Counted from the first letter of the stretch, positions 17,182 to 27,617 are shown. The stretch: 64,000 nucleotides of DNA from Candidatus Hadarchaeum sp. (GCA_020725895.1 DYTO01000003.1:17355-81354), one strand, 5' to 3'. Notes: generated from the letters alone by a model not told the origin. Translations and numbers: made by a program.

Positions 17182-17661
17182 TCACGCGGTAAGTTTCAAG
17201 CGTTCGAAAATGTCATTCAAAACGTTCGTGTGATCCTTCGCGATCTCTATTCCATCCGGGTATTTTATCGCATATATGACCTTTGCCTTCATGACAGTCG
17301 AGATCACGACGCCCATCGTCCCGAGCAGGAGCCTGACGACGGCCGTCCCGCCGGTGTAGTTTATCACGAGCTCGTCCGTCTTTGGGTTCAGCTTGCCAAT
17401 GATCTCCCCAAGGATGTCTCCTACGGATTGGGGATCGAAAACGTCACAAATATGATATTTCACGTCGACGCCAGTTTCCTTCGCGACCTCGTTGATGACC
17501 TCTTCGTTCGTCCTGTTCATGCCAGCTTTCTTAGCCACGTACTTCAGCTGATAATCGGAACAGATTATGTGCGATATGTTCGGCCTCTCTTTTTCAAGCA
17601 CCATCAGCACGGTCGTCGGTGATTCGCCCAATCCCTGGATAGCCACTCTCATATCATTCAC
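17182..17661 (-). CDS. Stand-alone Rossmann-like protein, CARF-like (tentative)
   Basis: N-terminal MRVAIQGLGESP, HIICSD and Gly-rich INYTGGTAVVRLLLG, which resemble CARF ligand-binding motifs; 159 aa, no effector domain. Confidence 0.3.
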   Translation of the reverse strand: MNDMRVAIQGLGESPTTVLMVLEKERPNISHIICSDYQLKYVAKKAGMNRTNEEVINEVAKETGVDVKYHICDVFDPQSVGDILGEIIGKLNPKTDELVINYTGGTAVVRLLLGTMGVVISTVMKAKVIYAIKYPDGIEIAKDHTNVLNDIFERLKLTA

Positions 17662-17768
17662 TTGATTTCAGCAACGGCCCTATAAATAATTAGTTTTCCG
17701 CGGGGCGTCGCCGGTTTTTACCCTGCCGACCCCGACAAAACCAACCGCCACCAAAATCATTTAAATCC

Positions 17769-18371
17769 TTGAGCGTTAGTTCAGCTGAGAGTGACAAGAT
17801 GCTGGCCCAAACTACGATCGATCTACTAATCGAGATTTTCCTGATGGTGGTAATAGTGGTCCTGCTAGGCTGGATGCTCATGGGGAAGGGCGGAGTCGTC
17901 CAGCGCAGGAAACTCGAGCGAGAGCTCGAGGAACTGAAGATGAAGATGCAAAGGTCGGCTTCGTGGAAGGGCGTTGTGACCGAGAGCGAGCCACGGACCC
18001 ACCCCGGCCTTTTCGATTTCGTCAGGGACCTAGAAACATTGCGGTGCGCGCTTGCCGGCTCCAGGATATGCCAGCGCTCCCTTTACAAGAAGTACAGGCT
18101 TTCGCCCGGGCCCGAACTGCTGAAAAAGATCCTCGCTCAGTCAAAGATCGACCCGACGACCAAGGAGAGGCTCGCGGACGAGTTCCTTGTCGGAGAGGTG
18201 GGCCGCGGCCTCATGAAAAGTCTCAACGCCGGGACGACGATAGAAAGGGCCTCTGCCGAGGTTGGAGTTCCGATGATCGTCGCGAAGGGGCAGATAAGCA
18301 GGCTTCAGGTCCTCGGCTACATGGACAACAGGCTGAAACCAACAGAAATGGGCCTACGGTCTCTGGGTTAA
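17769..18371 (+). CDS. Hypothetical membrane-anchored protein
   Basis: One TM segment (IDLLIEIFLMVVIVVLLGWMLMG); no recognisable domain. Confidence 0.35.
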   Translation: MSVSSAESDKMLAQTTIDLLIEIFLMVVIVVLLGWMLMGKGGVVQRRKLERELEELKMKMQRSASWKGVVTESEPRTHPGLFDFVRDLETLRCALAGSRICQRSLYKKYRLSPGPELLKKILAQSKIDPTTKERLADEFLVGEVGRGLMKSLNAGTTIERASAEVGVPMIVAKGQISRLQVLGYMDNRLKPTEMGLRSLG

Positions 18372-19637
18372 TCAGTCTAAAATTTTCTCTGATGCTCGTT
18401 TCACTTTGGCCATGTTTTTGGGATCGGTCAAAACCCTCAAAAGATACCTGGGCGCCTGCCTTCGTTTCAGGGCCAGGGCGAGCGGCGAAACGTCGGACAG
18501 CTTGCGGACATTTCCGATCGCCAGGACCGGCATCTCGACCTTCTCCAGCCGGGGCTCGGAAATGAGTATGTCGACTATCGGGACGTCCAAAAGGACCTGC
18601 CCCCTTTCCAGCCCGGACGCCTCGGCTATCTCATCCTGGGTCTTGCGGATGTCGCCCCATTTCCCAAAGTTCTTCATGTATTTCCCCTTCTGCACCTTCG
18701 AAAGATCCCTCTTCGCCTCGACGTAAGCTGGCTTGAAAAGCCGCCTGTACTTCAGCCTCAGCACAAGCTCCGCCGGATAACCGCCCAAGCCGCTCAGGTT
18801 TTCAATAAGCTGTGAATCGTTCATGAAGAATAATTTTTTGGCCTCCTCTGGGCCGCCCATCTCCAGCGCCCGGTCAACAGCATTCTCCAGCATTATCTCC
18901 GCGACTCGGACCGTGTGGTGGTAATAAACCGACGTGTACATGAGGCCGCGGGCGGTGATCAGCCCCTCGACAGCCTCGACGCCTTTCCCAAGGATGTGCA
19001 AACTGCCTTTGTGGACCACCAAAGTCCTCATCAAGCGGTCGACGTCTATCATCCCCAGCGCAACTCCCGTGTAATGGGAATCGCGAAGCAGGTAATCCAT
19101 CTGGTCGACGTCAACCTCGCTGTGTAGGAGCTCGCCGAGGTATTTCCTGCGGTGCTTCCCAACCAATATCTGGGAAACCTCGTCCGCGGGCACGCCCCAC
19201 TTCCTGAGGACCTGATATGCACGGGGTATTTTCAGCTTGATATTTTTCTCCAGCTCGGAGCCCAGGTTCAAATTCCCCTGTATGATTTCGCCTGTGATCT
19301 CCATGTGGTCCTTCTTCAGAAAGTCAACCATGAGGTGCTCGAGCGTGTGGGAGTATGGCGCATGGCCGACGTCGTGCAGGAGAGCCGCCGACTGCAAAAG
19401 ATTCCCGTCCTTCTTGTCCAGGCCGAGGTTGTTGGAAACCTTCCAGGCGAGGTGCGAGACCCCTATGGCGTGCTCGAATCGCGAGTGGTTGGCGCCGGGG
19501 AAGGCTATGTTCGCCAGCCCAAGCTGGCGTATGCCGCGCAGCCTCTGGACCTCGACGGTGTCTATCAGATCAAGAACTATCCCGCTGAGGACCATGCTTC
19601 CGTGGACGGGGTCGTGAATGGTCTTCTCTTCAGGCAT
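18372..19637 (-). CDS. HD-domain phosphohydrolase, dGTPase/SAMHD1-like dNTP triphosphohydrolase family
   Basis: HD motifs RFEHAIGVSHL ... LLHDVGHAPYSH ... DQMDYLLRDSHYTGV. Confidence 0.7.
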   Translation of the reverse strand: MPEEKTIHDPVHGSMVLSGIVLDLIDTVEVQRLRGIRQLGLANIAFPGANHSRFEHAIGVSHLAWKVSNNLGLDKKDGNLLQSAALLHDVGHAPYSHTLEHLMVDFLKKDHMEITGEIIQGNLNLGSELEKNIKLKIPRAYQVLRKWGVPADEVSQILVGKHRRKYLGELLHSEVDVDQMDYLLRDSHYTGVALGMIDVDRLMRTLVVHKGSLHILGKGVEAVEGLITARGLMYTSVYYHHTVRVAEIMLENAVDRALEMGGPEEAKKLFFMNDSQLIENLSGLGGYPAELVLRLKYRRLFKPAYVEAKRDLSKVQKGKYMKNFGKWGDIRKTQDEIAEASGLERGQVLLDVPIVDILISEPRLEKVEMPVLAIGNVRKLSDVSPLALALKRRQAPRYLLRVLTDPKNMAKVKRASEKILD

Positions 19638-19706
19638 TCGTCACCATCGATGAATCGGGGGGGCCTTGTAAAAAGCTATGGAATTCTAGGGCTCAAAAAG
19701 CGAGTT

Positions 19707-22562
19707 TCACTTTTTAGATTTCAGTTTTTTTGACCCGATTGAAATTTGTCTCCACAAGAACACCAGCAGAACGATCGCCATACCTATCGCTGCGATTATG
19801 ATCACGTTGATCGGCAGGGTCGCCCCAAAGGGCTGCGTCGGCAGGGTGGTGATGGTTATCGTGTGCGGTGAAAAAGTCGGTATAGAAACCAATACTTGGA
19901 TCCCCCTGTTCCCTGAAACCAACAGATATTCCGGAACGTTCTCGTTCGTGGGATCAAGTATGTCCTCATAGTCATCCGCCTGGCCGATCTCCTGGTTGTC
20001 GTAAAGGACCCTGACTTCGCCCAGGTTCAAAACGGGTATCGTCGCATTGTCGACGTTCAAAACTATTGTCTTGCCGTTTTCCACATCAGAACTCACGGTC
20101 ACGTCGACCTTCGCGCTGGAATCGACCCTTACTGAGATGGAAACGTCCCCGTGCTGGAAAGCCGTTTGGAAATTCTCCGCGAGGCCCGTCCTTATCTCTA
20201 TGACTGCGCCCAAGTTGCCCACCGCGAACGCATTCTCGAAATCCTGCATTTGCTCGTTATCCAGCAAAATGTCGAGCTCGAGATTCGAGTTTACGAAATT
20301 CTCTCTCAGGTTCTCAAGGGTTTCTGCGACTTCCTGGACCACCACAGTGACTCCGGCGGTTGCCGTTGATGGAGAATATAAATTGTCGCCGGCAAATGCG
20401 GCCGTTATCGTGAGCTGGGTGGTACCAGCGACGGCCGGGGCAGTGAAAATGACCGTGGCTTGTCCGGAGTTGTCCGTTGTAGAACTCGCTTGGCTAAAGC
20501 TCCCTGAAGCGACACTCCATGTTATCGTCTTCCCGGAGAGTGTCGTGCTGCCCGTGATCAGGGTCGCGGTCAGTTCAAGCGTGTTTTCCGAACCTATCAC
20601 GGATGAAGACTGTGAAATCGTCAACGAAGTCGAAGGCGAGCCGACTGCCCCTGTGAAGCGATCGACAGCTCTCCACGCCATCGAAAACGAGACCGTTCCG
20701 GACGAAGTAGCCTGGCTCGAGCCGTAGCTGCTGTCGCCGCTGAAAGACGCAGTTATGGTGACGTTTTCCGTTGCGGTCACGCTTGGCGCCGTGAAAGTGA
20801 CAGATATTTGCCCTGAATTATCCGTCGTCCCGCTCGCCGCCGACAGGTTGCCCGACGTCGCCGACCAAGAGATCGTCTTTGATGAAATGGCGTTGCTCGA
20901 GTTGTCCCTCAGAGTGGCCGTCAGCGTCACAGTACCCCTGGATTCAAGACTGAAGCTAGAGGGGCTTATCGAAAGCGATGTCGAGGTGGTGCTGCCGCCT
21001 CCGGGTGGCGGAGAAGATGGTGCCGAGGGTGTTGTGATCGTCCCGCTCCAGCCCTCGGCAAGACTCCATCCGGTGCTCGTGACAACAGTCTCGCCGAAAC
21101 CATCGACTGCGCCCCAGGCGGGTTCGGTCATCCCTATCGTTCCGTTCCAATTCTCGACACCAGACCAAGCCGACGAGGTGTTGATCGAAGCCGTCCAACC
21201 ATCAACCCCGCTCCACGACGCATTTGCGCTGACCGCCGACTCCCAAGTCTCTGAATGTTTCCAGCCGGGCTCCTCGGATCCAACCGTGGCCGTTGGTTCC
21301 GGAGATGTGAAAATGCGGAGCAACCGCCAAACGCCGTTATTGAAACCGCCATCGTAACCTCCCAACAACCAGACTTTGTTATCGTGAACGATCGTCGCCT
21401 GGTCGTAACGCGGGGTCCAACCGGGGGTGATCATCACCTGAGTCCAGTTCTGTCCGTCTGAAGAGTACCAAATGTTCTCACCGTACTCGTCCCACAACTC
21501 CCCATTCCCTGCCATCACCCACATCAAGTTGTCAAAACCCACCGAGGAATGATACCTCTTCGGAGCCCATGCCGCGGCGGTTGTTGCTTGCGTCCAGTTC
21601 TCACCGTCGCTCGAGTACCAGACATCGTTCTTGTAAACGCCATTGCTGTAACCTCCCAGTACCCACATGTTGTCGCCGAACGCAAGGGATGTTTGGCCGT
21701 GGCGGGCGCTCCAATTCGCGGCCGTGGTAGCTTGCGTCCAGTTCTCACCGTCAGAAGTATACCAAACATCGCTCTTGTACGCGCCGTCAAAACCCCCTAT
21801 TACCCAAATCTTGTTGTCGAAGACTACTGACGTGTGGCCCCACCTAGAAGTCCAGCCCGGCGACGCCGTGGCCTGCGTCCAGTTCTCGCCGTCCGTGGAA
21901 TACCAGACGCTTGAGTCCGATCCGCCGATCACCCACATTTTGTTGTCGAACACCACTGAGGTGTGGTCTCTTCGCGGGCTCCAGTTTGCGTCGCTCGTGG
22001 CCTGCGTCCAGTTCTCGCCGTCCGTGGAATACCAGACATCGTCATCGTTGGCGATGCCGTTGTAACCGCCGAGCACCCACATCTTTCCATCGTAAGATAG
22101 GGCCGTGTGGCCGAGCCGCCCCGCCCAGCTTGCGGAAGCCGTGGCTTGCGAGTCGACGTACGGCAAAATAGTGTTGCTCCAATTGCTGTTGCTGCCGGCG
22201 CTGGTGTTGCCATAGTAAACGTAGACGTCGCTGTCAAAGCTTTTCCGCAACACCCAAACGATTGCTTCGTTTTCCGTGAAATTTTCAATCCAATAATTCA
22301 GTTCCCCCGCGGTTTCGTTTTCAATGAAACGCAGGTCGCGGTAGTCCGCCTGCATTCTTGCGTTGTAGGGAACCACTAACTGCAAATGGTAGTTCTCGGG
22401 GTGTGTGCCAGAGATGATGACCGGCAAGCGGTATTCCCAGCTATTGTCCCACCAGTATGAGTTGTCATACCCGGCGGCCCCGCCGAGAGGCACGAATCGG
22501 ACTATCATGAAAAATATCAAGCCAGCGACAAAGAACTTTCCACAACTGCATTTCTCAAACAA
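19707..22562 (-). CDS. Large cell-surface protein: signal peptide, about six Kelch-like beta-propeller blades, Big-like Ig domains, Thr/Ser-rich linker, C-terminal TM anchor
   Basis: Repeated blades VWYSTDGENWTQAT...WSPRRDHTSVVFDNKMWVIGG, Ig-like TLTATL...ISWSATSG...TDNSGQ modules, C-terminal IIIAAIGMAIVLLVFLWRQ...KKLKSKK. Confidence 0.7.
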   Translation of the reverse strand: MFEKCSCGKFFVAGLIFFMIVRFVPLGGAAGYDNSYWWDNSWEYRLPVIISGTHPENYHLQLVVPYNARMQADYRDLRFIENETAGELNYWIENFTENEAIVWVLRKSFDSDVYVYYGNTSAGSNSNWSNTILPYVDSQATASASWAGRLGHTALSYDGKMWVLGGYNGIANDDDVWYSTDGENWTQATSDANWSPRRDHTSVVFDNKMWVIGGSDSSVWYSTDGENWTQATASPGWTSRWGHTSVVFDNKIWVIGGFDGAYKSDVWYTSDGENWTQATTAANWSARHGQTSLAFGDNMWVLGGYSNGVYKNDVWYSSDGENWTQATTAAAWAPKRYHSSVGFDNLMWVMAGNGELWDEYGENIWYSSDGQNWTQVMITPGWTPRYDQATIVHDNKVWLLGGYDGGFNNGVWRLLRIFTSPEPTATVGSEEPGWKHSETWESAVSANASWSGVDGWTASINTSSAWSGVENWNGTIGMTEPAWGAVDGFGETVVTSTGWSLAEGWSGTITTPSAPSSPPPGGGSTTSTSLSISPSSFSLESRGTVTLTATLRDNSSNAISSKTISWSATSGNLSAASGTTDNSGQISVTFTAPSVTATENVTITASFSGDSSYGSSQATSSGTVSFSMAWRAVDRFTGAVGSPSTSLTISQSSSVIGSENTLELTATLITGSTTLSGKTITWSVASGSFSQASSTTDNSGQATVIFTAPAVAGTTQLTITAAFAGDNLYSPSTATAGVTVVVQEVAETLENLRENFVNSNLELDILLDNEQMQDFENAFAVGNLGAVIEIRTGLAENFQTAFQHGDVSISVRVDSSAKVDVTVSSDVENGKTIVLNVDNATIPVLNLGEVRVLYDNQEIGQADDYEDILDPTNENVPEYLLVSGNRGIQVLVSIPTFSPHTITITTLPTQPFGATLPINVIIIAAIGMAIVLLVFLWRQISIGSKKLKSKK
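21540..22100. repeat. Four to five tandem nucleotide repeats (~130-145 nt period) inside the surface-protein gene
   Basis: Near-identical segments, e.g. gtggcctgcgtccagttctcgccgtccgtggaataccagac at 21868-21908 and 21997-22037, with related copies near 21586 and 21729. Confidence 0.7.
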
Positions 22563-22566
22563 TCAC

Positions 22567-23172
22567 TCATCCCCAAACAGAATAGGATATGCTCCAGTTG
22601 AAAGACTGGCCGGCCCTGACAACCCACCCGTTACCGTTGTTGTCGAAAAGTGCGTTCACATGAATACCGCCATTAGTCTGGTAATAGTTGTCGTTTTCAA
22701 ACACGTACTCGACCAAATCAGTCGAGTTATCCGAATAAGTTATCTCGCCGGTCAGTAAAATTTGTATCTTGATGTTTTCCTTGCAAGCGTATGCCATTGG
22801 CTGCGGAACATCGTTCTCGGCGTCGCCCTCGACAGCGACCAAAATGTCAAAGAGGGTCTCGTACTCCACGGTGAGAGTTCCATCCGGCCCGGGGATGGAA
22901 TCAATCCAATACGTGCCGTTGTCGACATAGTTCGCGAGGTTTTCATATATGTTGTAACCGGAACCGTAACGCATCAGATAAATGCCAGCGATCCTTGAGC
23001 TGTTTCCGAACACTCCTTCCGTCATCTCCCCTGGAACTACTCCCGCCCAGACGGATGAAACCCTCCACTGAGACGCCGATGTGTTAACAATCTGGCCAAG
23101 CAGTACCGGTGTCGCCACGACGATTGCCACGATGACGGCAATTGCCACTAGCCAATGGATGTTGCCTTTCAT
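22567..23172 (-). CDS. Secreted/membrane-anchored hypothetical protein
   Basis: N-terminal hydrophobic anchor (WLVAIAVIVAIVVATPVLLG); 4 nt downstream of the surface-protein gene. Confidence 0.45.
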   Translation of the reverse strand: MKGNIHWLVAIAVIVAIVVATPVLLGQIVNTSASQWRVSSVWAGVVPGEMTEGVFGNSSRIAGIYLMRYGSGYNIYENLANYVDNGTYWIDSIPGPDGTLTVEYETLFDILVAVEGDAENDVPQPMAYACKENIKIQILLTGEITYSDNSTDLVEYVFENDNYYQTNGGIHVNALFDNNGNGWVVRAGQSFNWSISYSVWG

Positions 23173-23247
23173 CTGCCTCTAAAAAATTTGAACCCAAAAC
23201 GTAAAAACGTTCCGTAAAAACTACTATGATGTGGGCGATTTGGTGTC

Positions 23248-26094
23248 TCAGGCCCAGAACCTGCGAGTCCTTGCGTAAATCCTCTCTGCACGCAAGATTT
23301 CGCGGTAAAAATCGTTCTCTTCCCGGTAGTCCTTTGACAAAATCCTGATCGCGGTCTTTGGCCCTATCCCGCGCCCTGCCAGCGCCACTACCGCCCGCCT
23401 CCCGTGCGTCAAAATCAGGTCTGCTACCTGGTAAAAGCGCTCGACTTTCTTACTCTCGTTGACATTGAGCCTCTCTCGCCTCGAGTATTTCCTTATCAAA
23501 CGCAAAATCTCATCCGCTTCTCGCGGCAAAATCGTCAGCAGGCCTGCGCCGCATTTCTTGCACGACATTTTTCCTGGCAACCTTGCCAGCCTAGTCGATG
23601 ACGTCCAATCGTTGCAGTTCAAACAGTGCAGCTTCACTGGGTACCTTTCAAGTCTGGACTTCACCGCGAGCAGAATCTCCCTCTCGGCCCTCCTGGGAAC
23701 GACGAGCTCCCCGCTGGCGAGCTGGTTCAGCAACGGCCAGGCGAGAACCGTGGGCTCCGCGAGATCGACAGTCCGGATCGATATCAGCCCGCTTTGGATT
23801 TCATTCAATATCTCAACCGTCCGCGCGACATCCAATTTTTCAAGCAACACCTCCCGGAAAGTTTCATGGAATATCAGTGTGCCCTTAAAATACTCGGTCA
23901 TGCGCCGAATGCTCACCCTGCTCAGGTCCGCGTCCTTCCTGATTGCCCCGAACCTCTTCGCCACCTGCATGAGGCGCCACTGGAACATCGAGCTGTGCTT
24001 GAGCGTGAGGTCCAGGACGGATTCGAGATGCTTGGGCTGCATCTCTTTCAAAGTTTTCACTATCAACTCGGGCCTCGCCCGCTCCGGAAACCCAAACGCT
24101 ATCCGATAGGGGTCGCTCCTCACCTGGACGCTCGAGCCCAACCTCGCCGAGAGCAGCTCGGCAAGCATCCATGCCAATGTCTGGTTCACGAGGCTCCCGA
24201 AGCATGCATGCATGACCACGTAATCGCCGCTCGACTCCAATATCAACGCTCTTTTTGACGGGACGGGGACGCTTGAATTGACGAGCTCTGAGACCTCGTC
24301 GACGAGCCAGGATGCCGCCTCTTTTTTTACCGGGTATTCTTTTTCTAACTCTGCGATTATTTCACTTGTTCCTTTTTTTGATATCAAATCGTTTTCGATT
24401 TTTCCCCTTATGCCGCCGACCTCCTGCGCGACCTCGAACGGGACTGGTATCATCTCGCCCTCCCAGATCGGGACTGCGCCCATCGGGTCGTCTGACTGCT
24501 CAACGAGGATCATGCCAGACTCGTGGTCGACTTCAACAACTTTCCAAGTCTCGCCCCTGCAGATGAAAGTCGTCTCCGGCTGGGCGTAAGCCGCGACGAA
24601 CTCCTCGTCCAAGGAACCTATGCTTTTCCTGGAAGCCAGGTCTCGGATCCTGTATTTCTTCGTGTCAGGGATAACGGAAAGATTCGTGAAGTAGTAAAGG
24701 AAACCGGGCTTCCTGGTCTTGAATTTCCCGTCTATCTTGGCCAAAAGTCCCTGTGATTTCAACTGGTCCAAAACTCCCTCCAAGGTTTCCTCGTTCAGAT
24801 TTCTGAAAGGATAGGCGCGCCTGATCAACGCCAGGGCCTCGCTTTGGCTGACCCACCCCTTGTCCAATGATATCCCGACGAGCTGGTGGGCGAGCACGTC
24901 CAACGCCGATTCGTGGATTTTCCCCTTTTCCAGCTGCCCGGCGACCGCTCTCCTCGCGATGACGATCGATTCTGCTACATCGTCTGGGGATGTCGCGATT
25001 ATGTTGCCTACTGAGACCCTGCCGACCCTGTGCCCGGACCTCCCAACGCGTTGGACCAGCCGTACGACCTGCTTTGGGGATGAATATTGGACGACCAAGG
25101 AAACCCGCCCGACGTCTATGCCCAGCTCCATCGAGGACGTGCATATCAGATTCTTCATCTTCCCGTCCCTGAATTTTATCTCGGCTTCTATCCGCGCATC
25201 CCTTGAGAGTGAACCGTGATGGACCGCTATTGGGAGATCGGGCTGCCAAAGCCTGAGTTTTGAACCGAGCATCTCGGCAGCCTCACGAGTGTTCACGAAA
25301 GTCAGCACCGAGTCGTTAGATTCGATCAGCTCTTTCATTCTCCGGATTCTCGCCATCATCGTGGGCTCGACCATGAGCTTTTCAGAGGGCTCGACGTCAT
25401 TTGAGATCGGCATTGGGCTCTCAACTTCTATCTTCATCGATTTTTCCGCGGAGACGTCCAAAATTTCGATATCGCGGTTCGTTCCAGCCAGGAACGCGGC
25501 CGTCTCATCAGGGGAGCCGACCGTCGCCGAAAGGCCGACAATCTGGAAATCTCCCGAAAGCCCCCTCAGTCTCTCCAACCCCAGCGCGAGCTGAACCCCG
25601 CGCTTGTCCTCTGCGAGCTCGTGAACCTCGTCCACGATAACCCACCGCACGCTCCTCAAATGTTCTCGGATTACCTTTCCCGTCAGGACCGCCTGGAGCG
25701 TCTCTGGAGTGGTGATCAGCATGTCCGGCGGCGACCTTGCCTGCTTCTGGCGCTCCGCGGCCGGGGTGTCGCCGTGCCTGACCGCGATTTTTATTCCCAG
25801 ATTCTCACCCATCTTTTCCAGCCTGTTCATCATGTCGCGGTTGAGCGCTCGCAGCGGGGCGATGTACAATATGCCGATCGCTCCGTGGCCTTTTTCCAGA
25901 TAGGAGCTGAAAACCGGAAAAATCGCCGCCTCGGTCTTCCCTGTGCCGGTCGGCGCCATAAGAAGGACGTTCTTTCCATCCAAGATTTTCGGTATGGCGA
26001 CCTTCTGCGGGCCTGTCGGTTCGGATATCCCGAACTCCTTGATTTCCTTGCGCAGCTTCTCGGCCAAGAGTTCGAAGACGCTCATGTTCAACAC
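23248..26094 (-). CDS. lhr: Lhr-family ATP-dependent helicase (large helicase-related, DEAD/DEAH box)
   Basis: Walker A APTGTGKTEAA, DEVH box VDEVHEL, SAT motif LSATVG, QRVGRSGHR motif VI, ~950 aa with Lhr-like C-terminal domains. Confidence 0.8.
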   Translation of the reverse strand: MLNMSVFELLAEKLRKEIKEFGISEPTGPQKVAIPKILDGKNVLLMAPTGTGKTEAAIFPVFSSYLEKGHGAIGILYIAPLRALNRDMMNRLEKMGENLGIKIAVRHGDTPAAERQKQARSPPDMLITTPETLQAVLTGKVIREHLRSVRWVIVDEVHELAEDKRGVQLALGLERLRGLSGDFQIVGLSATVGSPDETAAFLAGTNRDIEILDVSAEKSMKIEVESPMPISNDVEPSEKLMVEPTMMARIRRMKELIESNDSVLTFVNTREAAEMLGSKLRLWQPDLPIAVHHGSLSRDARIEAEIKFRDGKMKNLICTSSMELGIDVGRVSLVVQYSSPKQVVRLVQRVGRSGHRVGRVSVGNIIATSPDDVAESIVIARRAVAGQLEKGKIHESALDVLAHQLVGISLDKGWVSQSEALALIRRAYPFRNLNEETLEGVLDQLKSQGLLAKIDGKFKTRKPGFLYYFTNLSVIPDTKKYRIRDLASRKSIGSLDEEFVAAYAQPETTFICRGETWKVVEVDHESGMILVEQSDDPMGAVPIWEGEMIPVPFEVAQEVGGIRGKIENDLISKKGTSEIIAELEKEYPVKKEAASWLVDEVSELVNSSVPVPSKRALILESSGDYVVMHACFGSLVNQTLAWMLAELLSARLGSSVQVRSDPYRIAFGFPERARPELIVKTLKEMQPKHLESVLDLTLKHSSMFQWRLMQVAKRFGAIRKDADLSRVSIRRMTEYFKGTLIFHETFREVLLEKLDVARTVEILNEIQSGLISIRTVDLAEPTVLAWPLLNQLASGELVVPRRAEREILLAVKSRLERYPVKLHCLNCNDWTSSTRLARLPGKMSCKKCGAGLLTILPREADEILRLIRKYSRRERLNVNESKKVERFYQVADLILTHGRRAVVALAGRGIGPKTAIRILSKDYREENDFYREILRAERIYARTRRFWA

Positions 26095-26141
26095 CGAAAT
26101 TAAGTTCTTATTACGGCGGGTAAATCAATTTTGGGTATAAT

Positions 26142-26660
26142 TTGAGGATAGGTGATGGCTTGAGGCTTCCGGAGGAATTGAGGCCAACCCTCCAAAAACC
26201 GATGGGAAAGCTATTCAAAAATACCGAAAAATTCATTGAATTTTTCAATAAAAAGAAACCTGCGATGCTGGTCACGATAGGCGACGTCGTGACCGCCAAC
26301 GTTCTTGGTTCTGGGATAAAACCGGACCTGGCGGTCGTGGATTTCATCGCGATGAGGTCTGAAACGTCCGATGATTTGCGCGGCAGGATTTCAAAGTTCA
26401 ACGTTCGCGAGGTGAAAGTGAAAAATCCTGCGGGGACGATAACGCCGGGGCTCTGGGAAACTTTTGAAAAAATAAAGCTGCCTGCAAAAATCATCGTGGA
26501 TGGGGAGGAGGACCTTGCGACACTGCCGGCCGTGCTGCTGCTGCCGCTTGGGACTGTCGTGGTTTACGGGCAGCCAAATGAAGGGTTGGTTGTGATCGAG
26601 ATCACCGCGGAAAAAAGGCGCGAATTTAGTGATATTTTGAAAAGGTTTGAAAAAATTTGA
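26142..26660 (+). CDS. GTP-dependent dephospho-CoA kinase (archaeal DPCK, DUF359 family)
   Basis: DUF359-like sequence (LVTIGDVVTAN...DGEEDLATLPAVLL...VVYGQPNEGLVVIE) in its usual position upstream of the S24e and S27ae ribosomal genes. Confidence 0.6.
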   Translation: MRIGDGLRLPEELRPTLQKPMGKLFKNTEKFIEFFNKKKPAMLVTIGDVVTANVLGSGIKPDLAVVDFIAMRSETSDDLRGRISKFNVREVKVKNPAGTITPGLWETFEKIKLPAKIIVDGEEDLATLPAVLLLPLGTVVVYGQPNEGLVVIEITAEKRREFSDILKRFEKI

Positions 26661-27042
26661 AAATGTGCCTTTGATGACGACAAAATTGATTCTCGCTTCT
26701 TCTTTGGCTGTTCTTTTCATTTTAGCTGCTCCCGTTGCAAACGCCCAACTCGATGATGATGAGGACACGGTCACGCCGATCGGCTATGCGATCGGATTCT
26801 TTGCTTCTTTTCTCGCAGTCATGCTCTCGGCCGTTGCGGTCGTGCAGCTCACTGTGTACCCGAACACCTTTTGGCCTTTGAACTTCATGGCGTTTATCAT
26901 GCTCATGATAAGCTTCAGCCTGGGTTTGAATTCCAGGGGGCCCCTATTCTGGGCCACGGTATTTTCTACCGTAATCGTGGCGATAATCATCGTCGCGACG
27001 ATTTTCTCCAGAAACGTGGTCAAAAAAGTTGTATGGGGTTGA
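26647..27042 (+). CDS. Small membrane protein (four TM segments)
   Basis: 131 aa hydrophobic ORF. Confidence 0.4.
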   Translation: MKKFENVPLMTTKLILASSLAVLFILAAPVANAQLDDDEDTVTPIGYAIGFFASFLAVMLSAVAVVQLTVYPNTFWPLNFMAFIMLMISFSLGLNSRGPLFWATVFSTVIVAIIIVATIFSRNVVKKVVWG

Positions 27043-27078
27043 TTTTTATTGTAATATCGAACATATTTGGAGGAGAAC

Positions 27079-27447
27079 ATGAAGGTAGAAATCGTTCAAA
27101 AAAATGAAAACCCGCTGCTGAAAAGGACGGAGCTAAAGTTCAATGTAACCCACGAAAGCTCGCCCACCCCTAAGAGGGTCGAGGTGAAAGCGGGGATAGC
27201 GTCGGAGCTCAACGTCCCGGAAGAGTTGGTGGTAATCGAGAAGATTTCAAGCTTGCACGGGAAGAACGAGTCCTCCGGAATAGCGCGAGTTTACGCGACC
27301 AAGGAAAGTCTTGAATCGATGGAGCCCCAATATCTCATCAAGCGCGGTGCTCCGAAGGAAGAGAAAGCCGAGAAGCCCGCCGAGAAGAAACCAGAGGAAG
27401 CTGAGAAACCGGCTGAAAAAGCCCCTGAGAAGCCGAAGGAAGGATGA
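27079..27447 (+). CDS. rps24e: 30S ribosomal protein S24e
   Basis: [25 protein letters not shown]...[10 protein letters not shown]...EPQYLIKR; Lys/Glu-rich tail. Confidence 0.85.
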   Translation: MKVEIVQKNENPLLKRTELKFNVTHESSPTPKRVEVKAGIASELNVPEELVVIEKISSLHGKNESSGIARVYATKESLESMEPQYLIKRGAPKEEKAEKPAEKKPEEAEKPAEKAPEKPKEG

Positions 27448-27449
27448 AA

Positions 27450-27617
27450 ATGGTCGAAAAAGTCAAAGCACACAAATCGAAAATTTACAATGTCGAGGGG
27501 GGCGCGATAAAAAGGTTGAAACAGAACTGCCCGCGTTGCGGCCCCGGCGTCTTCCTTGCCGACCATGAAAATCGCCTTTCTTGCGGGCGATGCGGGTACA
27601 CCGAGTTCAAAAAGTAA
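27450..27617 (+). CDS. rps27ae: 30S ribosomal protein S27ae (zinc ribbon), 55 aa; below the ORF-track cutoff
   Basis: [55 protein letters not shown]. The ATG immediately follows the S24e stop. Confidence 0.85.
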   Translation: MVEKVKAHKSKIYNVEGGAIKRLKQNCPRCGPGVFLADHENRLSCGRCGYTEFKK

